Source: Octopus vulgaris (Eukaryota). Taken from it: a stretch of 64,000 bases of DNA. Below the pieces are notes generated by a model that did not search any database, was not told the origin of the DNA, and saw nothing but the letters and a program-made list of their open reading frames with translations. The position numbers and the translations under genes were made by a program. The stretch covers positions 120,342,001 through 120,406,000 of the forward strand of contig OX597817.1 of NCBI GenBank assembly GCA_951406725.2, read 5' to 3'. Within the stretch, counting starts at the first letter, position 1. Each line of letters starts with the position of its first letter. Shown here one piece after another: positions 1-13,660 of this stretch.

Positions 1-1102
1 CGCTTACACCTTTATATATAATTCTCAGCACAGTGTGACATAAAATCGGTATTTTAATGTGTAGTAAATGGCTGTTTAAGATTCTGTAACCCGTATATAG
101 AGGCATAAAGCCCTAGAATCTGATAAATGGCTGACAATTAATATCAAACTATTCAACATCTGCAGTTATTTATTTTTTATTTATTATGGTAAATTGCAAA
201 AAAATAAAACTAGATTAAACTTTCTTTAAATGTTTAAAACCAGAATAAATATAACAATCTTATTTGTTAATCTGTCTAAAGACCAAGCAATAAATAGCTG
301 CCAAAACACTTTGACAATAAAAATGATATATTACACATCATGGCTTTACTTATCATCATGATTTATTTGATAAGAATAAATTTCATTTAACTAAAACAAC
401 AGAAATAAAATTATAGTAAATAATTTTTTTTTTTTAAATACATTACTAAACTCCTACCTAAAATTCAACTTTATTGATAAGTAGTTTAGAGCTATAAAAT
501 AAAGCCTTAAAGCTGTGTTTATAATGCCAGAATAATTGAACCAAATACCAATATATTACAATCTGATGTCAACATTGCAATAATGACAAGGTGTGATAAT
601 ACAGAAACATATCTGGTATAAACAAATATCAGATTTTCCCTGAAGCATTAGAATAAAATTTTTTTTTAATTAAATCTCTATTTCTGAAACTTATCTCAAC
701 TTTTTTTCTGGGAACCACCAAAGAGACTTGTGAGGCTATTGTTTTTTAACTCGAGTCAATATGGAAATTTCAGTTCATGAGCATATTTTCATATATGCCA
801 TCAGGGCATCAGTGCTTTTTTGATTTATTATAACGATTAAGTTTACCCACCAAATGTAAACAAATACAAAAATTGGATATGACTAGTTAATATTCAGTTA
901 ATAAATAGCTGTCCAGTTCCAATAATATTGTTTCAATTATCTAGTTATGATATTCTATCTACAACTATAGTAGCTTCATTTGTTAATGTCACTGAAAAAG
1001 TGACTATTTTATTTCAAAACTAAATAATATTACTAAAGGAGAGATGTGACAGAAATGAAATTTGGACCAGTAGTTCCTTGACTTGTCTATTTCACAGACA
1101 AA

Positions 1103-1330
1103 CAGTACCATCTTAAGGCATGATTACACTGGGCCGTTGCCCAGGAGCCTCATAGATATGAATTGGGCTCCTAGATCCATGAGGCAACGGCCCAGTGTAA
1201 TCATGCCTTAAGATGGCCTAGGGGCCTAATTCTGATCTGTGTACACTGTGGCTTGCTAACAATTAGAAAATACTATGGGACCCAGTGCATTTGCCCAGGG
1301 GTCTATAATGCTCAGGCATTATAGGCCCAC
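1103..1330. mobile_element. Rearranged hAT-like MITE remnant containing a perfect 34-bp inverted repeat (1108-1141 / 1183-1216)
   Basis: ccatcttaaggcatgattacactgggccgttgcc is the exact reverse complement of 1183-1216. GC-rich island in AT-rich DNA, with a ttgcccagg motif resembling the MITE at 52522. Confidence 0.6.
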
Positions 1331-2717
1331 TGTCAACAACAAAGTGTCCAACAACATGAAGTATCTTCTGATAATTCAAGAACTGTCATCAAGATACACT
1401 GAAATGATTGCATATGAAAGTCAAATCACTAACTTATTTCTCTGAATCACTCTAGAACACAACAAATAGCAATCCAAATTCATAGTTGTATCTATGCTTT
1501 TTTTTTTTAACAAGATAAGAGGAAATGTTGAGGTAACATATAGATATAAGTCAATGTGTGAAAAATAAAGAAATAATAATAGAAGTTGTCATTAACACAG
1601 ACATGCGCTCAGACATTTATTGAAAGAAAGACCACAAGAAAGGCTAAGATTAATTAATCTTGACATATATCCAGGTTGATCGAGTGGAGTCAAAAAGAAT
1701 TATATAAACTCGGTCAGTGAAAATGTATCAGCTCTATTAAAAGATTCTCTTGCATTCAAAAGCTTTAATGCTTTCAAGAGCAACTACTATGTTCTCATAG
1801 ATGTTTGCATGTGACAAGTGCGACATCAATATTTTTTGACAGAATGGATTGAAAAATATTAGATGGAGCAGTGCAGAAGTTGAAATGTTTTGTTTTGATC
1901 ATCTATGAGAGATAGGATGTTTAAACAAAAAGTAAATTTAAAGATTAGAGAGATTGAAATTGTTTGAAATGGAAAAAAACAAATGTTCTGTTATCTTTGG
2001 ACAAATTTTTAGATAGAGAGAAATGTAGCAGGAAGTTTTGTCTTGAAGTGAACATTTTATATATATGCACAACACAAACGTGCACACACATGCACACCGC
2101 TAGATAGATGTGTGTGCATGCATATGATTAGGATGTTGGCCATATGATAATAAGGTTGTGTGTAATGATCAGGCATTATGCACCAGTCTACTCAGCTAAA
2201 AATGCAAAGCAATCAAATACGAGTTAAACTTTCTCTTCTACTAACTGTTACATCAGCTGGGTCAAGGGTGTAAGGATCAAGAGAGTGCGTGCTTATGACT
2301 ATATGAGGACCCAAAACAACTAGCACAAGCCATCAGGTCATACTCTCTTATGAATGACATCTAAGCCTCTCTTTAAATGCAAGTGTTGAAAGTCAATAGA
2401 CACCAAGCATCTGTTATTAGTCACCTTTAGAACAATAAACCCCCAAACCAGAACTCAACCAGGAATTGTTTCTGAAGTTACCACACTTTAATAAAAGTGC
2501 AATCAACAGTGTCTGCAAACCTAATAGTAGTGATGCATATAATAATACATCAAATTCACTCAGGACTCTCAGGACTTTCACTACAGAAAAGTGCCTGCCA
2601 ATTTACTTTGTATACTAGATCATATACACTAGATGTGGAAATCATAGGCAGTATTATTCAAACATTATTCATTAAAAAAAACATGTACAACACTCATGTA
2701 CATCATCATTTGTGAAA

Positions 2718-2870
2718 AGCCGAGCAAAGTTTTGTGAGTGGATTTGGTAGATGGAAACTGAAATAAGACCGATAGAATAAGTGCTAGGCTTACAAAGAAT
2801 AAGTCCTGGGGTCGGTTTGCTCGGCTAAAAGTGGTGTTCCAGCATGGCTGCAGTCAAGTGACTGACACAA
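2718..2870 (+). mobile_element. SINE family A fragment with internal deletion
   Basis: Matches 43604-44012 (gtgagtggatttggtagatggaaactgaaa ... gaccgatagaataagt ... ccagcatggc) but lacks the central microsatellite and middle segment. Confidence 0.85.
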
Positions 2871-2976
2871 ATATATATAAGCATATATATATATATACAT
2901 GTATATATGCATATATATATATATACACATATATATATACATATATATACATATATATATATATATATACATATAT

Positions 2977-3107
2977 TAGGAAGGGCATCCAGCTGTAGAA
3001 ACACTGCCAGATCTGACTGGCCTGGTGCAGCCTTCGGGCTTGCCAGACCCCAGTTGAACCGTCCAACCCATGCTAGCATGGAAAGCGGACGTTAAACGAT
3101 GATGATG

Positions 3108-3108
<1 letters not shown>
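2977..3108 (+). mobile_element. Family C retroposon 3' end with (GAT)n tail, embedded in (TA)n
   Basis: ttaggaagggcatccagctgtagaaac...ccaacccatgctagcatggaaagcggacgttaaacgatgatgat; repeated at 13060, 30965, 34381, 37070 and 63065. Confidence 0.9.
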
Positions 3109-3142
<34 letters not shown>

Positions 3143-4463
3143 CATATATATATACATACATATATATATATACATACATATATATACATATATATGTAGT
3201 CCAACCTATGCCAGCATATTAAAGGGGGATGATGATACATATAAAAGGATCTGTACCAGTAAGTAAATGAAGTAACATTTTGCTGCAACAATCTCACACT
3301 ACAATAAAAAAAATCTTGCTTTTACTTGTCAGGAACATGCTGCTTTGGTAAAAAGGGTTCCTGCTATTTAAGACATGAACATATTGTACCACGAGATCTG
3401 AGATTGCTTTTGCAATATGCATGCATACATAGGTATACATGTATGATTGTGTGTGTGTGTGTGTGTAAGTGTGCACCTGCATGCACATGTATTCTAACAT
3501 ATTTTTCTGTAGAAGTAAAAGAAATAAAAATACTTGAAAAAGAAAAGAAAGATATGAGCTCAGTTTTAAAAAAAAGCAAGAAAGAAAAAAAATAATTTAG
3601 ATTATTTTTTAGACAACTATTAACAAGCAACAAGGCTGTTATACAGTTGGATGGCAATTACATTTCTGTTATCCAAAATGTAACAAATGCATATCTCAGA
3701 CTAAAAGCCCCTTTACAAAGGATGAAGAAATTTTCCCTGTAATATATATTTTCTAATAACATCCATGAAATATTACCTCATTAGGTTTCATGAAACATTT
3801 CATATCAGAGATTTCAAACCTTTATAACTGTTGATGGAATTCTATCTAGTAATCAGCATACAGCTGGTAAATTACACCCTTTTTCAAGCTAAGAACTTTG
3901 TCTGATAAAGAAAGAACTACATGAATACGCATTTTATTATTAATCCCAATTACATATGTGTGATTGAGTGTGTGTCTATATAAAAACATTCATATACATA
4001 CATTTGTGTGTATGCATCTGGAGGTATGTATACGTTTGTGTATGTGTTGATTATATACATATGTTTAACAATCAGTTTTTATCAACTCTTACTGTAAATG
4101 GAAGGGGTTCCAAAGATTAAAATGTTTATAATTTAGAGGGGATAGAGATTATTTGTTAATTAGTATTCAGAAGATAATTAATATTATATATATAGAATTT
4201 AACCATCTTTTGATTTTTTAAGAAAATATAATAATTAATATCCCTTTTGTAGCATTGTAATTTTAACATATGTAAAGTAAAAGAGGATTTTTTGATATGA
4301 TAAATATCATGTTCTGATTTACATGCTCAACAGAACAATAGGAGTCTTGAATTTTTCATTCGCATTAAATCTGACTTGCTACTCAGATTCACATAGCAAC
4401 AGGACTTTTCTTTTCATTCATACCTTTCTATTCAGGGGCTACTTGAAACGGTTGGAGACTCAC

Positions 4464-4667
4464 CTGGAAAATAAGCTCATCTATCATCTTTTCTAGCAAT
4501 GTTCATCATATCTACTTCTTTTGCTACATCTACCACGTAGAGAAATACTGAATATTCATCCTTAATTTTTACTCACAGCTAAATAACATTATGTGTCATA
4601 CATAAACATTAGATGCTTTGAAAATTGAAGAAAACATGGTGTTTCAGTACGCTATTAGTTGTGATGG
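4464..4667 (-). other. Candidate non-coding/UTR exon (minus strand)
   Basis: Minus strand shows the acceptor gctttctaccttagttctttcAG and a consensus donor CAG|GTGAGT. No through-reading frame. Splice signals are the only support. Confidence 0.25.
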
Positions 4668-7600
4668 CTGAAAGAACTAAGGTAGAAAGCAATTACCATT
4701 GGTAACTTAGTAACCAAATTTTACCTTAAAAACATGTACTTCAAGACATGTCAAGAAGCACCAATCACCATTAGTATTATTAGCACGATCTTAATTATTT
4801 TCAAGGTAATTTTTTTCTTGATACACAATTTTAATGGTCTGAATTTCTATATGCATTGATATGATATTATTTTAACAATATTTTTATATATCCTGGTAAT
4901 TATATAATTGTATAAATTGAAATTATTTCACAGGGCTGTTTTTCTAAGTATAGCAACAAAAAATAGGAAATAGAAAATAAATTGTTCTCTTCCAACAACT
5001 TTACTAACTAATATTTTTTTCCAGCTTTATTTTCAATATCATATCTATGATCTCTATCTAGATATTATGTACAGTTACATACTAAGTTATTCTTCAATAC
5101 TAGCTCTTTCATAGAGCACATTATTATTACAATGATTGCTTAACAAAGTGTTCCCTAACTATTTCATTAAGATTTTATTTTTTCGTTTGAAGATGTGATG
5201 TAAATCCAAAGTTACAACAGGATTTTCTCTGGTTGCTCTAAAACAATTGAATCAATCCCTCACAAAAAAAAAAAAAAAAACTTTATGAATTTTTAAAACA
5301 GTTTAATACATGAATACAAAGAGAAAGTAATGACTTTTGTCAACTATTATGTCAGTAACTTTTGTGCCAAGTAACCTCTAAGTTATCCAGATCCAATATC
5401 AGGCTGTAACTCCTTGCACATTTATACTCCAACATTAATTTAAATATTTATTTGGCTCTTATATGACCTATTTCCAAGAAACTTATTTTGCATAAGACCT
5501 GCTGATATTCTTACTTAAGTCAAAGACAATTAGATAACATCAAGCCTTCGAATATGCCATATTACACCTTTTACAGCATCAATGCACATTGGAAAATTAA
5601 GACAATGAATGATTAATATAGAATTTAATTTGTTCTAGTTTACATATCCAATGAGAAATTTAATATCTAGTGAAGTGCAGCACTGTTTTCTTTGTAGTAT
5701 TTATTCAGTTACATATAATCATTATTATCATCATAGGCTAAAGACATTCTACTTTCAAGCAGTACCTTGAGGACAGCATTAGAAGAAATGCCAAATTAAT
5801 ATTTGATTCCTCTTATTACACACAATATTCCCATGGAAACATGGCCTTATAATTGTGGTGCTGAGCTTATGATAAGGTCATTTGTTCCATTCCCAGACAA
5901 GGAAGTTGCTTCATTTCACATTGTTCTAATCTACTCAGCTGAAGAATGAATTTCAGCTAAGTGCTAGTTAATGCCTCCTCTCTCCAGCTATCACATTCTG
6001 GAAGATATGTTGGGTTAAGGGAAGAAGGCTTGATGGTATCAGTGTCCATGTGTGAAACTACATGAGCACTCAAAACAATTAACAAAAGCATGGTACAAGC
6101 TACAAAGTTATATTCATTCATGAGTGATAGCCATAGTGTAGATTCTCATTTCACTCTGCTTAGTGCAATTTGATGTAAGTCAAGTTAAACCATTTGTGTT
6201 GATCATGATATGCTAACTCATATACACATTATTTCTAATGTTCAAGCACCTCTCTTTTCTGCATTGCTGTTCTATCATTTTTCTCCTATATAAACAGTTC
6301 CTTCTAGCTTCATCTCTTCTGAAATATATATACATATATTTCATGCCAAAATACATACATGTACACACAATCATCATCAGCAGCAGCTTACACTTTTACT
6401 CATAATTTCATTTGTATGTCCAATCTTGTTTTTGAAGACTTCCTTGATAGGATTGTTTCTATTCATATGCAACCAATTATTTTAATACCAGCTGCACACA
6501 GCTGACTGTCCAATTATATATGGTATAATATAAATATTTAGACTGATTGGCTTAGTCTACTTTATTTTCTTTCTTTCCACTTTCAATGTTTCATAATGGA
6601 CATGACAAACCTAGTGACTATAGATCTATTGCTTCCATTGTGATTTCACAAAGATATTGATTAGCAATTTGTCTAAAAGAAGAGGGGGAGAAAAAGAAAC
6701 AAAAGGAAACAAAATAAAAGAGAGAAATCATAAACAAGGGGAGAAATCAAATCTAATCATCACCAACAGATACAGTAAGTGGAAAATAAGAGAGTAGAGG
6801 AGAATGAAATGTGTGAGAGACAAAACATAATGGCAAAGAGAAAAAAAGAGAATATATATTTTAATGTAAGAGATTAAAAGAAAGAAAAGAACAGCGAAAC
6901 AGAACATTAATGAAAATGAAATGATTTTTGTACTGTATCTGTGTCCATATGTATGGATGGATGGATTTTTAAGAGATATTACTATGATAGACATGTAGAA
7001 ATGTATAAGACATTGGTCGACGTATGCAAAACAGAATATCCAAATATAAAGTAAAAGAGAAGGAAAGTACAAAATGGTGAGTATGTGAAAGAGGGATATA
7101 AGAAGAGATACAAATCTAGAAAGAATTTGTATATTTGTAAAAGTATTCAATGGAAACAGATGTATCACAAAAAAGACTAATGACAGAAAATAAAAGGAAA
7201 GTGAAAGGTGAAAGAAGCAGTAGAAGAAATAAGTGGAATATTTTCAAAGAACTGAAGATGGGCCAACATAAATATAAGATTTAGTAAAAATTATAAAAAA
7301 TTTAAGTTTAAAACAAGCCCTGGAAAACATGTCTTCTCAGTTCTGGGACTGCCACAGGATAATAAGAAAAGGTCTAATGGGTAAACCCTTCATCCAAATG
7401 CTAGAGGTACTGGTCTTATACAAAACATTCTAAATCATTTTTCCACTCCATCAAACATTTAAAATGTTGAAGTGGACATAGGGGTTATTGCCCCTATACT
7501 TGAACAAAATAAATCACAGAAATATTGCCATAATATTAAATAATGGTGGTGCCATGGCATGGTTATAGCTCTCAAGCTGAATTGCTGGTAAATTACATTT

Positions 7601-7729
7601 ACCAATTTATTGCATTTGAAGCAGTTTGGAAAATATTGTGCTGCTATCCATGAAGAAGGAAAATAATTCTTCAGATAAAACAAAATAGAAAGGTAAAGTG
7701 AAATATAACCTTTGATTAGTCTATCTGGC

Positions 7730-8100
7730 TACATCACTGTGCAACCCAATGGTTTGGGGATCAGTCCAACTGTGCAGCAACTTAGACAAGCTTCTTCAAC
7801 TACAGCCCTAGGCCAACCAATGCTTTATAAGTAAATATGCAGATGGAAATCTAATGAAAGCCTGCCATGCATGTATGTGTTTGTGTGTGTGTGTGCATGT
7901 GGGTATCTCCACAACATTACTTGACAACTGGTGTTTGTTTAATTATGTGACTGTAACTTAGCAATTTGACAAAAGGGGACAGATAGAATAAGTACGAGAC
8001 TTAATAATAATTACTGGAGTTGATTTGTACAACTAAACCCTTTAAGGCAGTGCTCCAGCATCGCCACAGTCCAATAACTGAAACAAGGTAAAAGATGCAC
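7730..8100 (+). mobile_element. Diverged SINE family A copy
   Basis: Colinear similarity to 43604-44012 and 59101-59500, including the gatagaataagtac and gtgctccagcat blocks. Confidence 0.8.
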
Positions 8101-8775
8101 TATGTGAAAGATGTAAGGTGAAGGAATGAGTGATATGAAAAAACAAATAGGTGGAAACATACGGATAAAAATTTTTCTTAATCACATAAGCTAAATGGTA
8201 AAACATAATTTTATATTTTTCCATTAAATTATTTGATCAGATTATAGGCTTAAATATTTTATAATGATTCATTGTTGTTAATCTTCAGATCAGTCCCGAT
8301 CAAGCATAACTAAAGGCATTCCTTTTTTTTTTTTCAAATATAATTGATTGAAAACTATATTATCCTATATATCCTTCTTTTGAAAATAGTATGGTGTGGT
8401 ATGAATATTTGGCTTATTTCTGTTTCTAGCAAGTTGAATTACCACAAGGGTACTTTTGTTTTTATTAGCTGAACTATTAATTGCAGAGAAAATTTTTCTC
8501 AAATTGCTAACAGTTTTTTTCCATAACCCATTTTCAAATTGTTTAGGCTATTTTACCTCCAGAGAAATCATAATATTTACAATATAATTGAAAATGTTTG
8601 GGATAGGTTTGAAATAGTGGACATTCATATTTCACAAAAGCTTCAACACTGTTACCCACTAGACTATAGTCAAGTAGTATTACTTCTCAATAGCATAATA
8701 GGTAAGAGCACTGGATCTTTTATAGAGTTGTGATATGATACATTGAAATGAAAATTAGCTCAACTGAACAAATAC

Positions 8776-8865
8776 CATCATTGGCAGCAGGTTTCCAGTA
8801 GACCAATCCCTGGCTCATTGAATTTCAAATGGCAAGAGCAAGAAGCGGATGTCTGTGCAACTCAG
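8776..8865 (+). repeat. Unclassified interspersed repeat (second copy at 32451-32540)
   Basis: catcattg..aggttt...ccaatccctgg...aactcaga is shared between the two loci. Confidence 0.55.
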
Positions 8866-10720
8866 AAGGAATGGATACCAGACAAAATTTAAATATATTT
8901 GCTGGAATGTATAGATTTATTAATTTTCTTACCATATAGATACTAATATACATGTAGACATGTATGCACACACACACACACACAATTGGCTTCTATGCAG
9001 TTTCTACTGACTAAACTTCCACCCACAAGTTATCAGTCAATGATTGTGTACAGTAGAAGACTCTTTTCCAAGCTGCCACTAAGTGGAACAGATTTCAAAA
9101 TCATAGGATTGCAAAATAAGTCTCTCATACACTGTTCCTGTGGCCATAACTTAAATTGATAAATCTTAAATGTATATTACGTCTGAAAACACACAGACTA
9201 AATAAGAAATGTCATTAGAATCGGTAGAGTAGTTATGCTTTGTGTAAGCTTTAATTGACCTGAAAATAACAAAAGTAAAAGTTTCAGCCTCAATGAAGTC
9301 TCCACCCCCACATCATTAATAGTATTAATTTCTTATCTCATGGCACAGAGACTTACAACTCCTTTGCTATAATACAAAGACATTACAAAGTCCTGATATC
9401 AGACAAAGTTTATAATAATATTTGCTATTGTTTCTGTATTGCATCAACAATAATAATAATAATAATAATAATTTCTTGATGAGTGCAACTGATAAATGTT
9501 TCTAACATAAGCTAGAAATTTATGGGTGAGGAGAATGATTATATCAACCCCAGTACTTAACTAGTTTTATTGCTCATTTTATCAACTCCACAAGGAAGAA
9601 AGGCAAGAGTTCAAATGCTGCCATGGTCAACTTTGCCTTTCATTCTCTCAGGGGTTAATAAAATAAGTTTGGTACTGAGGACAATGAAACTGATTTACCC
9701 TCTCCAGTTAAAATTGTTGGCTTTGTACTAAAATTCTACTCTGAATAATCAGAGTCGAATTTCTATCATGAAAGATCAATCATTGCCTATCTCTCAGGTC
9801 CTACCACAGGACACAATACTTAGATTATTCTATGGTCTGGTGGGGGATAGGGCAAGAGGACTTGTATGTCTGTAAAGACTCCACAACCTGACTACGTATT
9901 ATCACTAACCACATGCTCATACATTTCTACAAAATTGGTCATTAGTCAGATGTGAATGTCATCGCTCTTGTATCTTATCGTGACACTCATGGTTTTCGGG
10001 GTATTTTTGCTCAGATACAGTGAAATCAGCTACAAGCTCACATGTGATAGCACTAACTGAACTTGTCTCTTTGTCTTCACTTTCAACAACATCTGCAACA
10101 TCATATGTCTTTAGTAATGCACAGATATGTTGCCTACTTTCACTTTCCCATTGGTGCAGCAGCTTTCAGTAGGAAAGTATAATTTTCTCACATAAGGCTG
10201 CCAATTTCTCTTCCTTTCATCTAAAGGCTGTATCTCATGATAGTGTCCCTAGATGATATCACATGTGCTATTTTCAGACTGCAAAGTATATGTAGAGAAT
10301 GAAAACAAGCCTAAATCTTGAAATAAATTTCTCACATGACAGGTGATACATGATTATAACAATAATCATGAGGTGTTTGTTACAGAACAATTCATTAAAA
10401 CAACTACAGTACTTTATTTGATTACTATCAGAAGGTTAAAAGGGACAGTCAACCCCAGTATGATTTGAACTCAAACCATAAAGGAACAAAACTAAATATC
10501 AAAAAGACATTTCTTCCAGTGCCATCCAACACTAATAATTTCTGACAGTCACAAGGTCAAATATTTTGGGAGAATTATATTTAACAGTCCTAGAAAATTA
10601 AAGTCAATAATGGCAAGATTTCATTTCAGAATATAAGGCGATAATTTTCTTTATGCAAAATAATAGAAATTTCAATTTAGAAGCTCAAATTTCCATACTA
10701 AAATGATGGCATACAAAACT

Positions 10721-10929
10721 TTTAACATTCAGATTATGCTGTCAAATTTACTGCTTATTTATTCACATTGTTTTGAATTCACTATGCATTATCTTATAGC
10801 TTCAAAATTTTGATGAGTGGTAAGAATGACATTGTAAGGTAAATGTGAAAGGCTGGATCTGGCAATTTTCATCATAAAACAGGTAAAATATCTTGTCAGA
10901 TACAGCCAGTTTAAATGCTACAGGGTTAA
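10721..10929 (+). mobile_element. piggyBac-like MITE (TTAA-ended), copy 1
   Basis: Ends in tttaaatgctacagggTTAA. Same body as 16897-17109 (minus) and 49178-49401. CCC...GGG termini with TTAA flanks are characteristic of piggyBac. Confidence 0.65.
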
Positions 10930-11230
10930 ATAGATGAAAACCAGCCTATCAAATTAAAGAGATACAGATCAAGTAAGAACACAAACACCAGCAAAGTCAA
11001 AGTCTAAATTAGAGGCCTTTCATCACAGAAACAGAACAAAATCTTCTTAGCTACCAAAATATTATGATGATGAAGAATATACAAGAAGAATAGCAGTATT
11101 TTTTTTAGAAACAATCAATCTTATTGTTCATGGTTACCCAGTTTGAGCCAAAACAAATTAAATGTATAGACAAGTCAAATTTCATGATATATTACACACA
11201 TTGGAAGTTGTTAATATTTTCAAATTCAGG

Positions 11231-11270
<40 letters not shown>

Positions 11271-11445
11271 TGTAAGTACACACCATAAAATATGATGGAA
11301 AATAACATTGTTAGCATATAACAGGACATACCAGTTTTTTTATTGAAAGAAATATTGGTAAATCACCTTAACATGATAGCCAAAGATCAGAGAGAAAAAA
11401 GAATTTTTCCACATAACCTGATATAAATTCCAGCAAACAACTTAC

Positions 11446-11817
11446 CTCTTGAGTAACTGAATAAATTATCCAGATATCAAGATATGAAAATAGATATATC
11501 CAGAATCTAGCGACTGAAGACAGCAACAGTTCCCATACGGACATTGAGAAGAATAAAACAGATACCATCAATTATAACCAAAATCCCAGGTCATACACAT
11601 AAATAAAATGTTGCTCACTAAAGTGAACATAACTTTTGTGCATGGAGTTGCACTTTGTCATACAATGATGGCATACAAAATTAATGATTTCTCCTGATGG
11701 TACAAGGCCATAAATTATAAAAGGTAGGAATATATTAGAGCTATAATAAATAAAATTGATCCATGTACATGCATGGTACTTATTTCCAAACCCAAGATAT
11801 ATGAAAGTCAAAGTCAT
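11446..11817 (-). other. Candidate 372-nt exon (minus strand), probably 5'UTR or lncRNA
   Basis: Long pyrimidine tract ending tcttttatAG directly before 11817, and consensus donor GAG|GTAAGT at 11446. One frame is open apart from a single TAA at 11572-11574. Confidence 0.45.
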
Positions 11818-13059
11818 CTATAAAAGACAAGAAAGTCCAAGAAGAAAAGAATTACTTAGAAAAAAGACAAATAAAAAATAATAAAAAAGCAAATTTAAGA
11901 AAGAATTCAGAACCACAAATGTATCAGGAAGAAGAAATGAGGAATGTAGCTTATCAGGTATATTTTACACAGAATTGAAATAGTGTGGGTTTCTAATTTA
12001 TATGTAAATAGCATTGATATTTATTCCTTATAGTCACACTAATAAAATCACAAAAAAAAATAATCATCAATATAAACAAAACCACAATGTTCTTAGAGGA
12101 GTTGACAAAATCACTCATTTTGTAGAAGTTTATCTCTATTCTTCAATTGTAGAATGTAAATGAGTCCTTAACCCCCAAAAGATTTTAAAGGCTTTCTAAA
12201 CAAATGAATTTCCAAGATTGAACTTTCTTTCATTGGCAACATTCTCAGATCAGATGAATGATACCTCTTAACAAAAGGTACATATATTGAAGGGATGAAT
12301 AAGAAATCATTTTATGTAGGAACAAAATGACTGCAGCATATTTTAATTCACATCTTATGACTAAGTATTTGAATACTTTATCCACTTGGCCATATTGTTT
12401 CTATTATTTTACAATTAATAAATTACAGTTTCATGCACTGGCAATGAAAGTATAATCAAAGTTTTAGAAACTAAAAACTAGCATCAACTTCTTGCAGTTC
12501 AGATCCTGCCATAGTCAAATAAATTAACACCATAAATATTCCTATCACATCAGGAGGAGGGTGATGTTGAACAATAAATATACATGTGGCACCCTCTGCT
12601 TATTGACATTAGCACAAGGGAGATAATAAACCCCTCACAACATTAGGCAAAATTTGAATCCGAAATTAAGGAATATGAGGAAGATCCTTAGAGTTCACAT
12701 ATTTATTTATCTTTTTTATGCTTTGAAGTTTTTACAATTTCTAGTTGGTGATAATTATGTATAGCATTATTTCATTCTTTTTAGAAATCTTGAGCATAGT
12801 TTAATCTGTAACATATTACTCATGCAGAAAAGCATTTTCATTAAAACTGATCTTAATATCATTCAATATATAAATTTCTTAACATCTATTAATATATATT
12901 AGTAAATTCTCAAATTGTCCAGTCCAGAATATTATGTTTCATTCTTGTTTTCAATATAATAAAACGACGATGATATATATATATATATATATACCTATAT
13001 GATATACACAGTGTGTATCAACATCAAAACATCAAATGGAAATTGTAGTTGTGATACCT

Positions 13060-13383
13060 GTGCTGGTGGCACGTAAAATACACCATCCAAACATGGCTGA
13101 TGCCAGTGCCGCCTTGACTGGCTTCTGTGCCGGTGGCACACAAAAAGCACCAACCAATCGTGGCCATCGCCACCCTCACTTGGTACCTGTGACGGTGGCA
13201 CGTAAAAAGCACTCACTACATTCACAGAGTGGTTGGCGTTAGGAAGGGCATCCATCTGTAGAAACACTGCCAGATCAGACTGGAGCCTGGTGCAGCCTCC
13301 TGGCTTTCCAGACCCCGGTCGAACCGTCCAACCCATGCTAGCATGGAAAACGAACGTTAAACGATGATGATGATGATGATGAT
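13060..13383 (+). mobile_element. Family C retroposon with internal gtggcacgtaaaaagcac subrepeats and (GAT)n tail
   Basis: Three tandem subrepeats followed by the conserved 3' end; near-identical to 34381-34690. Confidence 0.9.
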
Positions 13384-13496
13384 TGAAAATTGCCACAAGT
13401 CAATAAGAAAAAGTATCTTCAAAAGGAAGGGGATACAATATAACTAAATAATGTCATTAGTTATTCTACAATAAATCTTGTTTCATATCACAGCAG

Positions 13497-13660
13497 GTTT
13501 CTGTTTTATCTTTGGACACTGGATTTGATTCTTTGTGCTTATGTATCAGATTTAGCCTATAAACTTCAGAATACCTATTGTGATAGACTCCAGACAGAGA
13601 ATTCTAATATTTCATACATGATATTGTCAACTTCAGAAATATACAGAAATGCAGGTACAA
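13497..13660 (+). other. Candidate exon (plus strand) with an open frame FLFYLWTLDLILCAYVSDLAYKLQNTYCDRLQTENSNISYMILSTSEIYRNAGT
   Basis: NAGNAG acceptor cacagcAG and donor CAA|GTAAGT; 54 codons without a stop. No recognisable homology. Confidence 0.2.

Noticed and set aside
1610-1890. Stop-poor stretch suggesting a decayed ORF
   Set aside because: Three stops and no recognisable domain.
2790-3297. Overlapping I/Y/C/H-rich ORFs (also at 30155, 39665, 40705, 42112, 47137, 56319 and 63230)
   Set aside because: They are translations of (TA)n/(CA)n microsatellites and SINE tails, open in many frames and on both strands.
6728-7168. 146-aa hydrophobic minus-strand ORF (likewise 42404-42802)
   Set aside because: Reverse complement of purine-rich low-complexity DNA; F/L/S/I bias with no motif or splice support.
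13486-13506. tatcacagc resembling the 5' end of miR-2
   Set aside because: No complementary star arm nearby and the 3' part does not match.
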